Notes: generated from the letters alone by a model not told the origin. Positions 50,317 to 60,915 are shown, counted from the stretch's first letter. The stretch is 64,000 nucleotides of DNA from an uncultured delta proteobacterium (GCA_963721485.1 CAVRJV010000006.1:66847-130846); one strand, 5' to 3'. Numbers and translations are program-made.

Positions 50317-51930
50317 ATGGATCGAATCGAATCGCGGCTGAACACCAACTCCGACGAGTTCCGGCGCAACCGCGAGGCGATGGACGCGCTGGTCAAGCGG
50401 CTGCGCGCTGAGATCGAGCGCGTGCGCCAGGGCGGGCCGGCACAGGCGCGCGAGCGGCACGTCGAGCGCGGCAAGCTGCTCGCGCGCGATCGCGTGAAGA
50501 AACTGATCGACCCCGGCAGTCCGTTCCTCGAGCTGTCGCCGCTGGCCGCGTTCAATATGTACGACGGCGACTCGCCGTCGGCGAGCATCATCACCGGCGT
50601 CGGCAGGATTCACGGGCGGGAGGCGGTGATCGTCGCCAACGACGCGACGGTCAAGGGCGGCACGTACTTTCCGATGACGGTGAAGAAGCATCTGCGCGCG
50701 CAGCAGATCGCGATTGAGAATAATCTGCCGTGCGTTTATCTGGTCGATTCGGGCGGCGCGTTTCTGCCGATGCAGTCCGAGATTTTTCCGGATGAGCGTC
50801 ACTTCGGGCGAATCTTCTACAACCAGGCGCAGATGTCGGCGAAGGGCATCGCGCAGGTCGCGGTTGTGATGGGCAGTTGCACGGCGGGCGGCGCGTACGT
50901 GCCGGCGATGTGCGACGAGAACATTATCGTTCGCGGCGAGGGGACGATCTTTCTCGCAGGCCCGCCGTTGGTGCGCGCGGCGACCGGCGAGGAGGTCAGC
51001 GCCGAGGAGCTGGGTGGCGGCGACGTGCATACGCGATTGTCGGGCGTGAGCGATCACCTGGCCGACGACGACGAGCATGCACTGCAGATCGCGCGCGCGA
51101 TCTTCGAGAACCTCGGGCCGCGCACGGCGAGCGCGATTCAACAGGACACGCCGGAGGATCCGCATTACGATCCCGCCGAGCTGTACGGGATCATCCCGGT
51201 CGATACGCGCAAGCCGTACGACGTGCGCGAGGTGATCGCGCGGCTCGTCGATGGGAGCAGGATGCATGAGTTCAAGGCGCGCTATGCGACAACGCTCGTC
51301 ACCGGCTTCGCGCGAATCTACGGCTACCCGGTCGGCGTCATCGCGAACAACGGCGTGCTATTCAGCGAGTCGGCGCTGAAGGCGACGCACTTCATCGAGC
51401 TGTGCTGCGCGCGGAAAATCCCACTGCTGTTTTTGCAGAACATCACCGGCTTCATCGTCGGCAGGCGCTACGAGCAGGGCGGCATCGCGAAGGACGGCGC
51501 GAAGATGGTCAACGCGGTGGCGAATGCGCAGGTGCCGAAGTTCACGGTGATCATCGGCGCGTCGAACGGCGCGGGAAATTACGGGATGTGCGGGCGCGCA
51601 TACTCGCCGCGACTGCTGTTCATGTGGCCGAACGCGCGGATTTCGGTGATGGGCGGGGAGCAGGCGGCGAACACGCTGCTGACGGTGAAGCTCGAACAGA
51701 TGAAGCACGAAGGCGGCGGGACGATGACGAAGGCGGAGCAGAAGGAGTTTCTGCGGCCGACGCTGGAGAAGTATGAGATCGAGTCGAGCGTGTACTACTC
51801 GAGCGCGCGCTTGTGGGACGACGGCGTGATCGATCCGATCGAGACGCGCGCGGTGCTGGCGCTAGGGATCGCGGCGTCGATGAACGCTTCGATCCCGGAG
51901 CATCAAGGGTTCGGAGTTTTCAGGATGTGA
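50317..51930 (+). CDS. Methylcrotonoyl-CoA carboxylase beta subunit (acyl-CoA carboxyltransferase)
   Basis: 537 aa, intact. Contains [52 protein letters not shown] and [14 protein letters not shown]. The length and N-terminus are typical of MccB/LiuB rather than PccB. Confidence 0.85.
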   Translation: MDRIESRLNTNSDEFRRNREAMDALVKRLRAEIERVRQGGPAQARERHVERGKLLARDRVKKLIDPGSPFLELSPLAAFNMYDGDSPSASIITGVGRIHGREAVIVANDATVKGGTYFPMTVKKHLRAQQIAIENNLPCVYLVDSGGAFLPMQSEIFPDERHFGRIFYNQAQMSAKGIAQVAVVMGSCTAGGAYVPAMCDENIIVRGEGTIFLAGPPLVRAATGEEVSAEELGGGDVHTRLSGVSDHLADDDEHALQIARAIFENLGPRTASAIQQDTPEDPHYDPAELYGIIPVDTRKPYDVREVIARLVDGSRMHEFKARYATTLVTGFARIYGYPVGVIANNGVLFSESALKATHFIELCCARKIPLLFLQNITGFIVGRRYEQGGIAKDGAKMVNAVANAQVPKFTVIIGASNGAGNYGMCGRAYSPRLLFMWPNARISVMGGEQAANTLLTVKLEQMKHEGGGTMTKAEQKEFLRPTLEKYEIESSVYYSSARLWDDGVIDPIETRAVLALGIAASMNASIPEHQGFGVFRM

Positions 51931-51950
51931 GAGATGGTTCGGAATCGGAA

Positions 51951-53018
51951 TCAGCTGAGGAAGTGGTGGGCGATTATCAGGTTGGTTACCACGAACGAGG
52001 CGGGGATTAGCCAGCGGGAGTATTTGCGGATGGTCAGGCCGATGTCGCGGCGAGCTTCGGAGCGGTGGGTTACGTGGACTGTCATCAGTTCTACCACCGC
52101 GAGGAAGACGTAGATGTAGCACTCGAGGAAGAACGCATCGATGTAGGTCAGGTAGGGCAGGCGTGGCATCGTGGCGGAGATCGCGAAGGCGAACGCGATG
52201 ACGGTGAGGATGGTGGTGACTGCGACCTGGACCTGGTTCGACAGATCGCTCGCCTCGATCCAGAACACCGCCCACGACAGGAAGACCATCAGCAGCAGCG
52301 GCAGGAACACCTTCCACAAATAGAAGCTCGAGCGGCGCTGGACGGAGATCGCGAACCTTGCCTCGGGGACGGTCTGACCGCCGTAGGTCGGGCCGACGCC
52401 GACCTGCGGCTGGATCGCGGTCAGCCTCCATTGCGCCAGCGACGAGTAGCTCTCGAACTCGCTCGCCGTCCATGCCGAAGAACTGTCGAGCTTGAACCTG
52501 ATGTGAGGTACGTCGGCCAGGAACGGGTGAATGATGATCACGAGCGACTGACGATCAAACGGGAAGCGCCGAAGCGCGAACGTGGATGAGAGCCGGACCC
52601 TGCATCGCTCGGCGTAGTTGACGGTGCCGTCAGGAGCGACGCGGATCGAGGTATCGTAGCGGGTGCGCGGGGTGGCGGCGTTGATCATTTCGAGCTGCGG
52701 AATCCAGATTTCCCCGAACGCGTAGTTGCGCTCATCGTCGCCGGGACCGCTCGGGGTGTAAGCGAGACGCGGATCGCTCCATCGCGCGAACAGGTACGCG
52801 TCCATCTGGAATTGCTCGTTCACTTCGTCGATCGACGAGATGTTGACGATGTGCAGGCCGATCGTAACGTCGAGCGGCTCGCCGGTGTAGGGCGGCGGCT
52901 GGAGGATCGGATCGGTGGCGATGCCGGTTGGAGTTTGCGCGGCGCGTGCCGATGACGCCGACGTTGCGCCCACGACGAAAACGATCGCGAGCGCGCACAG
53001 AACGATCCCCCGACGCAT
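51951..53018 (-). CDS. Prokaryotic pentameric ligand-gated ion channel (Cys-loop receptor superfamily, GLIC/ELIC-like)
   Basis: 355 aa, intact. It has a signal peptide, then a beta-rich ectodomain with FARWSDPRLAY (the WxDxRL motif) and IWIPQLEMIN (the WxPxxxxxN motif). Four TM helices follow: M1 LWKVFLPLLLMVFLSWAVFWI, M2 VQVAVTTILTVIAFAFAIS, M3 YIDAFFLECYIYVFLAVVEL, a short M3-M4 loop, and M4. Confidence 0.8.
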   Translation of the reverse strand: MRRGIVLCALAIVFVVGATSASSARAAQTPTGIATDPILQPPPYTGEPLDVTIGLHIVNISSIDEVNEQFQMDAYLFARWSDPRLAYTPSGPGDDERNYAFGEIWIPQLEMINAATPRTRYDTSIRVAPDGTVNYAERCRVRLSSTFALRRFPFDRQSLVIIIHPFLADVPHIRFKLDSSSAWTASEFESYSSLAQWRLTAIQPQVGVGPTYGGQTVPEARFAISVQRRSSFYLWKVFLPLLLMVFLSWAVFWIEASDLSNQVQVAVTTILTVIAFAFAISATMPRLPYLTYIDAFFLECYIYVFLAVVELMTVHVTHRSEARRDIGLTIRKYSRWLIPASFVVTNLIIAHHFLS

Positions 53019-53024
53019 CCCGGC

Positions 53025-54513
<1,489 letters not shown>

Positions 54514-54730
54514 CTTCTATATACCTGTCGTATTTCCGGCGCTCATGCGCCGACTATTCTAGCCCGGCGCGCGGGCGATAACAGCGGTTTTTCGACCTTG
54601 GGGAATGGCCTCGTTTGCCCTTTTCAGAGGGGCTGTGCCGATATAGTTTATGCGGCGTACTCTCGACAATAGGGAGTGCGATTTCAGGTCGAGATTTTAT
54701 AGAGACTGGATTTTAAGCGAGGCTGCAACC

Positions 54731-55090
54731 ATGCCCTGGACGATTACCCGCCTTTGCCGCGACTGCGTTGATACCGGATGCGTCAGCGTGTGCCCCGTCG
54801 ATTGCATCTACGAATACATCGGCGCCGACAAGGTTAAATTCCCGAACCAGCTCTACATCGATCCCGATGAATGTATCGACTGCGGCGCGTGCGAGCCGGA
54901 ATGTCCGTGGCAGGCGATTTTCGAGGAGCCGGCGGTGCCGGATGTGCTGAAGGACGATATCGCGCTGAATCACGCGCTGCTGGAGATCAAGGATCAGTTC
55001 AAGGTGATGCCGTTCAGGAAGGTCGATCATCCGACGCCGGAGCAGGTGGCGGAGAATAAGAAAAAGTGGGGCGTCGATCCGAATAGCTAA
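54731..55090 (+). CDS. Ferredoxin (FdxA-like, two Fe-S cluster motifs)
   Basis: Track ORF 54650..55090; ATG at 54731. [28 protein letters not shown]...[20 protein letters not shown] gives CxxCxxxxCxxxCP plus CxxCxxCxxxCP. Confidence 0.85.
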   Translation: MPWTITRLCRDCVDTGCVSVCPVDCIYEYIGADKVKFPNQLYIDPDECIDCGACEPECPWQAIFEEPAVPDVLKDDIALNHALLEIKDQFKVMPFRKVDHPTPEQVAENKKKWGVDPNS

Positions 55091-55097
55091 CCCCGCT

Positions 55098-55187
55098 GAG
55101 TGACCGGGATGATTGGTAACCGTTTAGACCGGCAGGATCGGTAACAGATCTGTGAATTTGACGGGAAGGAGCGCGAGGGGGCTGCAC
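55098..55187 (+). mobile_element. Solo terminal remnant (~90 nt) of an IS481-family element
   Basis: tgagtgaccgggatgattggtaaccgtttagaccggcaggatcggtaacagatctgtgaatttgacgggaaggagcgcgagggggctgc aligns with the left end of the intact IS (57391..57480), including both GACCGG..GGTAACA subrepeats. Similarity is then lost. Confidence 0.65.
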
Positions 55188-55246
55188 CTTAACTCGCACC
55201 GGAGCTATTTGAAGGTCCGGAAGGACAAATCAACGCAGTCGATTCT

Positions 55247-55966
55247 GTGCCAGAGTTTAAGATTGAAGGCGATGCCTTAAGGCGCGAAGCTCGATTCAGG
55301 GTGCTGTCGTGGGGCTCAGTGCTGTTGCTGTTGGGGATAACCGTACTGCTGTTCACGCTCGGCGTCTCCGGCGATTTGAGCGCCAGCGCCGATCTTGGCT
55401 GGCTGTTCGTGTTAACTGGTCTTGGGACGGTCGTCGTTGCCTGTGTTGTAGGGTTCCGTGAAGCCCTGCGTTTTGCCGAGCGAGAAATGATTTTTGTTCT
55501 GAACGACAATGAAGTCGTCCGAAAAAGGAAGGGGTACCCTGACGTAAAGATTTCATTTTCTGAAATCGCAACTCTGCGCGAGGAACTACGATGGTTAATT
55601 ATTAGGACCGCAGAGCCTCACAGGAAGATTGCAATTCCCAACACTGTCAGTGGATATGGTGCGATTTGCACCGAACTTGCAAAGCATCACCCGCTTTCTG
55701 CTCGTGTAGATCGCGTAGAGTTCCCGTTGAAAACTACCGCCTTGTTGGCGGCAGCTCTTCTAAGCTGGGCCGCGGTGATGTGGTTTCGCGATGTGAGGTT
55801 TGTCATCCTTTCTGGAACCGGCGGGCTCATCACCATTGCCATCGGCTCGTATAGCGTATGGGCAATGTTACATTCCCGGGTGAGGCGTCCGTTGCTCTGG
55901 GCTTCCCTTGGCTGCACGTGGTTAGTGGCAATCCTATTGCTCTACCTCCGCGTGGTGCATCACTGA
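55247..55966 (+). CDS. Hypothetical polytopic membrane protein (possible bPH-like soluble insert between TM pairs)
   Basis: 239 aa. It has two N-terminal TM helices, a soluble segment (MIFVLNDNEVVRKRKGYPDVKISFSEIATLREELRWLIIRT) and 3-4 C-terminal TM helices. A 60-nt sample at its 5' end has 32/60 G+C, against 43/60 for a sample at 29041-29100. Confidence 0.55.
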   Translation: MPEFKIEGDALRREARFRVLSWGSVLLLLGITVLLFTLGVSGDLSASADLGWLFVLTGLGTVVVACVVGFREALRFAEREMIFVLNDNEVVRKRKGYPDVKISFSEIATLREELRWLIIRTAEPHRKIAIPNTVSGYGAICTELAKHHPLSARVDRVEFPLKTTALLAAALLSWAAVMWFRDVRFVILSGTGGLITIAIGSYSVWAMLHSRVRRPLLWASLGCTWLVAILLLYLRVVHH

Positions 55967-55983
55967 CTTGGACGCAAGCTCGA

Positions 55984-56079
55984 GTTCAAGGTGATGCCGT
56001 TCAAAAAGGTCGAACACCCCACGCCCGAGCAGATCGCGGAGAACAAGAAACAAAGTGGGGCGTCGATCCGAGTAGTTGA
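55984..56079 (+). pseudogene. Displaced, diverged copy of the ferredoxin 3' coding end
   Basis: It encodes FKVMPFKKVEHPTPEQIAENKK..WGVDPSS*, against [30 protein letters not shown] at 54997..55090. There are about a dozen substitutions (mostly synonymous or conservative) plus a 2-nt indel over ~95 nt. No upstream ferredoxin body is present. Confidence 0.65.
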
Positions 56080-56092
56080 TCAGAGCTGCAGC

Positions 56093-56172
56093 GGAATCTT
56101 GAATCGCGCGCGCAGCGCGCGCTGAATAAGGACCCTCACCTTCGATCCTCTCCCTTGCGGGGAGAGGGGAAG
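56093..56172 (+). repeat. REP-like element, family 2, copy 2 (uninterrupted)
   Basis: Sequence is ggaatcttgaatcgcgcgcgcagcgcgcgctgaataaggaccctcaccttcgatcctctcccttgcggggagaggggaag. Confidence 0.6.
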
Positions 56173-56176
56173 AACA

Positions 56177-56698
56177 TCAGACGGCTTCTTCGATTGCGGC
56201 TAGCAGCGACGCGAGGTCTAAGGGGCCGTCGTGCCGATTGCCGTTGATGAAGAAAGTCGGCGTGCCGTTCACGCCGCTTCGTACTCCACTGCTGAAATCT
56301 GCGCGCACACGATCGACGTAGGTGTGATCTTCCATCTCTTTGATGAAGCGCGGGACGTCGAGCTTCAGCGCTTTCGCATAGCGGGCGAGGTCTGCGTCTT
56401 CGAGCGCGTCCTGATGCTCATACAGCATGTCGTGCATCTCCCAGAATTTGCCCTGGGCGCCGGCGGCTTCCGCCGCTTCGGCGGCGTGCTCGGCGTGGGG
56501 ATGCATCTCGCCTAGCGGGAAATTTCGGAAGACGAAGCGCAACTTATTGCCGAGGCGCTTTTGCAGTTCCTTGGTGATGGGATAGGCCTCGCCGCAGTAG
56601 GGGCATTCGTAGTCGCCGTACTCGACGATAGTGATTGGCGCGGTCGCGGAACCCTGCACGTGATCGTTGGCGCCGACCGGCGGCTTCAGCTTGGACAT
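56177..56698 (-). CDS. DsbA-family thiol:disulfide oxidoreductase
   Basis: 173 aa. Contains IVEYGDYECPYCGEAYP (CxxC) and the C-terminal GVNGTPTFFINGNRH. Confidence 0.85.
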   Translation of the reverse strand: MSKLKPPVGANDHVQGSATAPITIVEYGDYECPYCGEAYPITKELQKRLGNKLRFVFRNFPLGEMHPHAEHAAEAAEAAGAQGKFWEMHDMLYEHQDALEDADLARYAKALKLDVPRFIKEMEDHTYVDRVRADFSSGVRSGVNGTPTFFINGNRHDGPLDLASLLAAIEEAV

Positions 56699-56709
56699 CG
56701 CGGCGCCTC

Positions 56710-57198
56710 CTACTTTTTCGATTCGAGTGCTTCGAGCGAGTCGAGGATTCCGTCAGCGCCGGGATTGACGCCGACCGGTGAGAGGTAGCTCCAGGCAATC
56801 GTGCCCTTGGGATCGATCACGAACAGCGCGCGCTCAGTGACGCCTTCGCTATCGCGGTAGGCGCCGTACTTGCGGGCGACGGCGCCCTTGGGCTCGAAAT
56901 CCGACAGCAGCGGGAAGTGCAGCTTGCGGTCGCGGGCGAAGGCCGCATGGCACCAGGAGCCATCGACGGAGATCCCGACGATCGCAGCCTTGAACTTGTG
57001 GAACTCGGCGAGCACCTCATTATATAGCGCCATCTGATCGCCGCAGACGGGGCTCCAGTCGGCGGGATAGAAGGCGAGAATCAGCGGGGCACCGCGGAAG
57101 TCGCTCAGCGAGACGAGCTGATCAGGCGTGCTATGCAGCGAAAAATCCGGCGCAGCGGTGCCCGGCGCGAGAATCTTGTTTGGGGTTTCTGTAGCCAT
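56710..57198 (-). CDS. Peroxiredoxin (AhpC/TSA-redoxin family)
   Basis: 162 aa. Contains APDFSLHSTPDQLVSLSDFRGAPLILAFYPADWSPVCGDQ (peroxidatic Cys) and FPLLSDFEPKG. Confidence 0.9.
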   Translation of the reverse strand: MATETPNKILAPGTAAPDFSLHSTPDQLVSLSDFRGAPLILAFYPADWSPVCGDQMALYNEVLAEFHKFKAAIVGISVDGSWCHAAFARDRKLHFPLLSDFEPKGAVARKYGAYRDSEGVTERALFVIDPKGTIAWSYLSPVGVNPGADGILDSLEALESKK

Positions 57199-57297
57199 CG
57201 GGGGACCTCGTTGAGGTTTGTGGCGGGCCGGGAAGTGGTTCGTGAAATGTCGATCCTAATACCGCCGCATCGCTGTGACAAACCGGGGGCGGAGACC

Positions 57298-57328
57298 TAA
57301 ACGCCCTTCCCATAGTGGGAAGGAGAAC
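57298..57328 (+). repeat. Short hairpin repeat, family 3, copy 2
   Basis: taaacgCCCTTCCCAtagTGGGAAGGagaac; see 42520..42549. Confidence 0.5.
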
Positions 57329-57342
57329 CGGAATGAAGAAGC

Positions 57343-57390
57343 AGAATCCTGAATCGCGCGCGAAACGCGCGCCGAATAAGGACCCTCATT
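57343..57390 (+). repeat. REP-like element, family 2, copy 3, left part (the remainder is at 58747..58767 and 59978..59995, split by two IS insertions)
   Basis: agaatcctgaatcgcgcgcgaaacgcgcgccgaataaggaccctcatt | IS481 | cattttcatcctctccctgac | IS5 | taaagggagagggaaag. With the IS elements removed it aligns with copy 2. Confidence 0.6.
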
Positions 57391-58746
57391 TGAGCGACCG
57401 GGATGATCGGTAACAGTTTAGACCGGCATGATAGGTAACACTTTATCTGAGTTTGACGGGGAGGAGCGCGAGGGGGGCTGCCCCTCTCGCTGGACCGTTG
57501 AACAGCAGTCGGGCTTGAGACGGCGCAGTTTTAGGCTGACGCCGTCGATGAGCCCGAGCAGCATCGGTCCGAAGTAAACCTCCGCGTCGCCGTCATCGGT
57601 TTCAACTACTCCTACTACCTCATTGCCCAAAGTCTCGCTCAGGAACACTGACTCGCCCAACCACTTGATGTCGCCGGTGTGGCGCACGCGGCGCGGCTGG
57701 TAATCGGCCGGATAGTCCGGGTCTTCGAGCCGCGCCGGATAGCGGCGCTCAGACGGCGTGTAATGCGTCGCCGGCGTGGTCTGGCCCAGCGCCTCATGCG
57801 GACGCTGCTGATTAAACTCATCGCGGAACTGATCGAAGCGACTCTGCTGCGCTTGACGGTTGGCTTGCGGCGGACTGGCGCATTCGGCCTTGAGCGTCTT
57901 GTGCATCCGCTCGTGCCGCCCGTTCTGCTCGGGCCGGCCGGGCTCGATTCGCTCCGGCATGATGCCCAACTTCAACCACCACACTGCCAGCCGACTGAGT
58001 CCCGTCACTCCGGCCGAGGCGAATGGCGCACCGTTGTCCGAGCGGATCGCGCGCGGCAGACCGTACTCCCGAAACACCCGCTCCAACTCGCGGCGGCAGT
58101 TCGCATAGCCGGCTTTGTCGACCGCCTTGACGCTCAACAGGTAGCGGCTGTAGGCGTCGGTCAGGGTGAACGGATCGCAGCACACGCCGTCGCCGGTGCG
58201 GAAATGGCCCTTGAAGTCGGTGCACCAGAGGTCGTTGGGCGCCAATGGCGTGCGCAGCGGCACCGGCGACGGTCGCGCGCCGCGCCTGCGCTTGCGCGGC
58301 TGGGTGAGCTGTTGGCGGCGCAGCAACTCGCCAATCGTGCTCGGCGCCGGCCAGCTCTGACCGGGCGCACTTTGCTCAAGCTTGGCACGCAACTTCTTCG
58401 GTCCCCAACTCGGATGCGCCCGGCGCAGTCCCACGATCACCTCGGCCTGGGCCGCGCTAATCGCCCATGGCACCACCTCAGGCGCGTGCGAGCGCTCCTT
58501 CAGTCCCTCAGGGCCGAACTCAAGATAGCGCTGCCACCACTTGTACGCGGTCTTGCGGCTGATGCCGAAGTCCTCGCACAGTTCGCTTACGCTTTCCTCT
58601 CCGGCCGACAGCGCCGCCATCAATCGAATCCTCTCGTCCATCGAACAGATCTCCCGCCACGGCATCGCCTCGCTCCTCCTGCCGTGTCATTCAACCTGTT
58701 ACCCATCCTGCCGGTCTATTTTGTTACCTATCCTGCCGGTCTGTAC
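57391..58746 (-). mobile_element. IS481-family insertion sequence (about 1.36 kb) with a 4-bp CATT target duplication
   Basis: The imperfect terminal IRs each carry two GACCGG(C/G)A(G/T)GATnGGTAACA subrepeats (57397-57440 and the reverse complement of 58690-58742). CATT occurs at 57387-57390 and again at 58747-58750. Removing the IS and one CATT restores the REP-like element. Confidence 0.8.
57418..58665 (-). CDS. IS481-family transposase (HTH plus rve/DDE integrase core)
   Basis: 415 aa, intact. The N-terminal HTH is SVSELCEDFGISRKTAYKWWQRY. The DDE landmarks are WCTDFKG, IRSDNGAPF and PEQNGRHERMHKTLK. Confidence 0.9.
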   Translation of the reverse strand: MPWREICSMDERIRLMAALSAGEESVSELCEDFGISRKTAYKWWQRYLEFGPEGLKERSHAPEVVPWAISAAQAEVIVGLRRAHPSWGPKKLRAKLEQSAPGQSWPAPSTIGELLRRQQLTQPRKRRRGARPSPVPLRTPLAPNDLWCTDFKGHFRTGDGVCCDPFTLTDAYSRYLLSVKAVDKAGYANCRRELERVFREYGLPRAIRSDNGAPFASAGVTGLSRLAVWWLKLGIMPERIEPGRPEQNGRHERMHKTLKAECASPPQANRQAQQSRFDQFRDEFNQQRPHEALGQTTPATHYTPSERRYPARLEDPDYPADYQPRRVRHTGDIKWLGESVFLSETLGNEVVGVVETDDGDAEVYFGPMLLGLIDGVSLKLRRLKPDCCSTVQREGQPPSRSSPSNSDKVLPIMPV

Positions 58747-58767
58747 CATTTTCATCCTCTCCCTGAC

Positions 58768-59977
58768 AGGAGACCTTTGCGTAATTCCGATTCGATGGGC
58801 GATTGAGATGGGGTTGCGATAGCCGGGTCCGACTGCGCGGCAAGCACCGAGTATTTTTTGATGAACGGTTGCTGGTGCGACGCGGTTGAGACCGAGACTC
58901 TTAGCGGCCGGGTCACGCCGCGCTCAGAATCAGCGCGCGGCGCAGATTGATCGCCGTGCACATGACCAACAGCTGGGTGCGATTGCGGACCAGGCCGCGG
59001 TAGCGTACCCGCCGGTACTGGTAGCCACGCTTCATCACCGCGAACACCCGCTCGACCTGATAGCGCACTTTGGACAGCGCCTGGTTGCGTGCCACCAACT
59101 GCGGATCCGGACGTCCCGCGCGCATACTGCCCCACCATGCACGGCGCATGATCCCGTCGGCGATCCCCAGCCGCGCAAGCAACTCGCGCCGCGCCGCGCT
59201 GTCATAGGCTTTGTCCGCGAACAGCGCACCCTCGTCGCCGCAGATCAGCTGGTCGGCTACTTCGCTGTCGTTGGTCTTGGCCCCGGTCATTAACACTTTG
59301 CGGATTATTCCGCTGCCCGCATCGACCGCCACGTGTACCTTGTAGCCGAAGTGCGAACCGCCACCACCTTTGCGATGGGCCCACTGCGCATCGGGATCGA
59401 GCGTCGAACCATGGCCCAGATTTTCTCCGCCTCGTCCTGCTGCCGGCTTGCTCACCGCCGCCTGGATTAACGACGCGTCGATCAATGTGCCGCGCTTGAT
59501 GATCAGGCTGCGCGCCTCCAGCTGCCGGTTCACTTCGCCGAATAACTGTTCGCCGAGTCCTCCGCTCAGTTGCTGGCGGAAGCGGCTGATGGTCGAATAG
59601 TCGGGCACCTCCTGCTCCAGACTCAACCCCACGAAGCGCCGAAAGCTCAGCCGGTCGGCCAGTGCTTCTTCCAGTTGCGGGTCCGACAGCGAGTACCATT
59701 GCTGCAGCAGCAAGGCTTTGAACATGCTCAGCGGTGGATACGATGGCCGTCCTTCGGCGGCCGCATAGATCCGCTTCAGCATGCGCTCCAGCGGCTTCCA
59801 CTGCACCAGCCGATCAATTTTCCCCAGCTGCTCGTTCTGCCCGGCTCGCCGCGCTACCAACTCGTCCGCCAAACTCATCTGCGCCACCTGCTGATGACTC
59901 ATCCTCCGCCGCTCCTCCTCACCCCAACCACTTCCCTCCTTTTGATCATACATCCGTCAGTTATGCAAAGGTCTCCT
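58768..59977 (-). mobile_element. IS5-family insertion sequence (about 1.2 kb)
   Basis: The terminal IRs are AGGAGACCTTTGCGTAATT (58768-) and the reverse complement of 59959-59977, AGGAGACCTTTGCATAACT. It is inserted in the loop of the CCTCTCCC/GGGAGAGG hairpin of the REP-like element. I found no unambiguous target duplication. Confidence 0.75.
58913..59953 (-). CDS. IS5-family transposase (DDE_Tnp_1 with InsH-like N-terminal domain)
   Basis: 346 aa, intact. Contains GRPSYPPLSMFKALLLQQWYSLSDPQLEEALADRLSFRRFVGL, LIDASLI, FGYKVHVAVD and FADKAYDS. The start may be the internal ATG at 59902 (MSHQQ...). Confidence 0.9.
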   Translation of the reverse strand: MYDQKEGSGWGEEERRRMSHQQVAQMSLADELVARRAGQNEQLGKIDRLVQWKPLERMLKRIYAAAEGRPSYPPLSMFKALLLQQWYSLSDPQLEEALADRLSFRRFVGLSLEQEVPDYSTISRFRQQLSGGLGEQLFGEVNRQLEARSLIIKRGTLIDASLIQAAVSKPAAGRGGENLGHGSTLDPDAQWAHRKGGGGSHFGYKVHVAVDAGSGIIRKVLMTGAKTNDSEVADQLICGDEGALFADKAYDSAARRELLARLGIADGIMRRAWWGSMRAGRPDPQLVARNQALSKVRYQVERVFAVMKRGYQYRRVRYRGLVRNRTQLLVMCTAINLRRALILSAA

Positions 59978-60008
59978 TAAAGGGAGAGGGAAAGAGACAA
60001 GCGGAGAG

Positions 60009-60449
60009 CTACTGGGTGATTACCATTGCGGAGGTTCGGGTCAGCGGGATGGTGACAGAGGAGACCAGGCTCGTCAGTGGCGGGTAGTTGTAGGTGACGA
60101 CCACCGTGACGACGCCGCCGGGATTGTTGTTGGGCGACCAGGTGGTGGTGACGGTCATTGCGCTCGTCTTGAGCACGCCGGCGATCAAACCATCGACGTA
60201 GGTTTGCATACTGGCAGCGGTGGCGACCGTGGGCGCGCTCGAGCCATGGACCGTCGCGTAGCGAACGGCCTGCTGAGCGCTGTAACAGACGAAGTCGTAG
60301 CAATAGAGCGCCAGCGCGAAGTTGATGATGCCGAAAAACAGGGTCAGGCACGGCGTCAGTACCAGTGCGAACTCGGCCATCCCCTGTCCGCCGGACGAGC
60401 GCCGGAGAGCATTGCGCAATCGCCGGAGCATAACGCGGATCGGTTTCAT
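60009..60449 (-). CDS. TadE/TadG-family pilus assembly (minor pseudopilin-like) protein
   Basis: 146 aa. GGQGMAEFALVLTPCLTLFFGIINFALALY is the TadE-like N-terminal pattern. Confidence 0.8.
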   Translation of the reverse strand: MKPIRVMLRRLRNALRRSSGGQGMAEFALVLTPCLTLFFGIINFALALYCYDFVCYSAQQAVRYATVHGSSAPTVATAASMQTYVDGLIAGVLKTSAMTVTTTWSPNNNPGGVVTVVVTYNYPPLTSLVSSVTIPLTRTSAMVITQ

Positions 60450-60453
60450 TTAC

Positions 60454-60915
60454 CTATTGGACGACGCGCATAGTGGCTTTGCCGGGCACCGTCATCGGCG
60501 GCAGGATGCCCATGAAGTTGATCAGCGGGGCATACGACGCGCTGGTGTTGACCTGCGTGTACAGCAGGCGATGGCTGGCGGCGCAGTCGGTCGCAAGACA
60601 CGTCGAGGGGCTGCCGTCCGAGCATACGCAAAAATGAGTCGCGGTGGCCGTCATCGAGACGAGATTTGGCGCGTTGCTGGTCGCCGCCGATTGCATCCCG
60701 GCGTTGTCGGCGGCGGTAGAGAGATTCTGCGAGCCGTATTGAACGCCGGCGCGGGCCGCGTTGGCCAGCGAAATCGCGATGTAGAAGGCGCGGCCGGTTT
60801 CGACGACTACCAGGAACATCATCAGCAGCAGCGGCAGACTAAGCGCGAGCTCGACCGAGGCCTGCGCGCGGCTGGGATGACCGCGAATCCAGCTCGATGT
60901 GCGCCGCGTAGTCAT
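60454..60915 (-). CDS. TadE-like pilus assembly protein
   Basis: 153 aa. Contains RAQASVELALSLPLLLMMFLVVVETGRAFY. Confidence 0.8.
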   Translation of the reverse strand: MTTRRTSSWIRGHPSRAQASVELALSLPLLLMMFLVVVETGRAFYIAISLANAARAGVQYGSQNLSTAADNAGMQSAATSNAPNLVSMTATATHFCVCSDGSPSTCLATDCAASHRLLYTQVNTSASYAPLINFMGILPPMTVPGKATMRVVQ

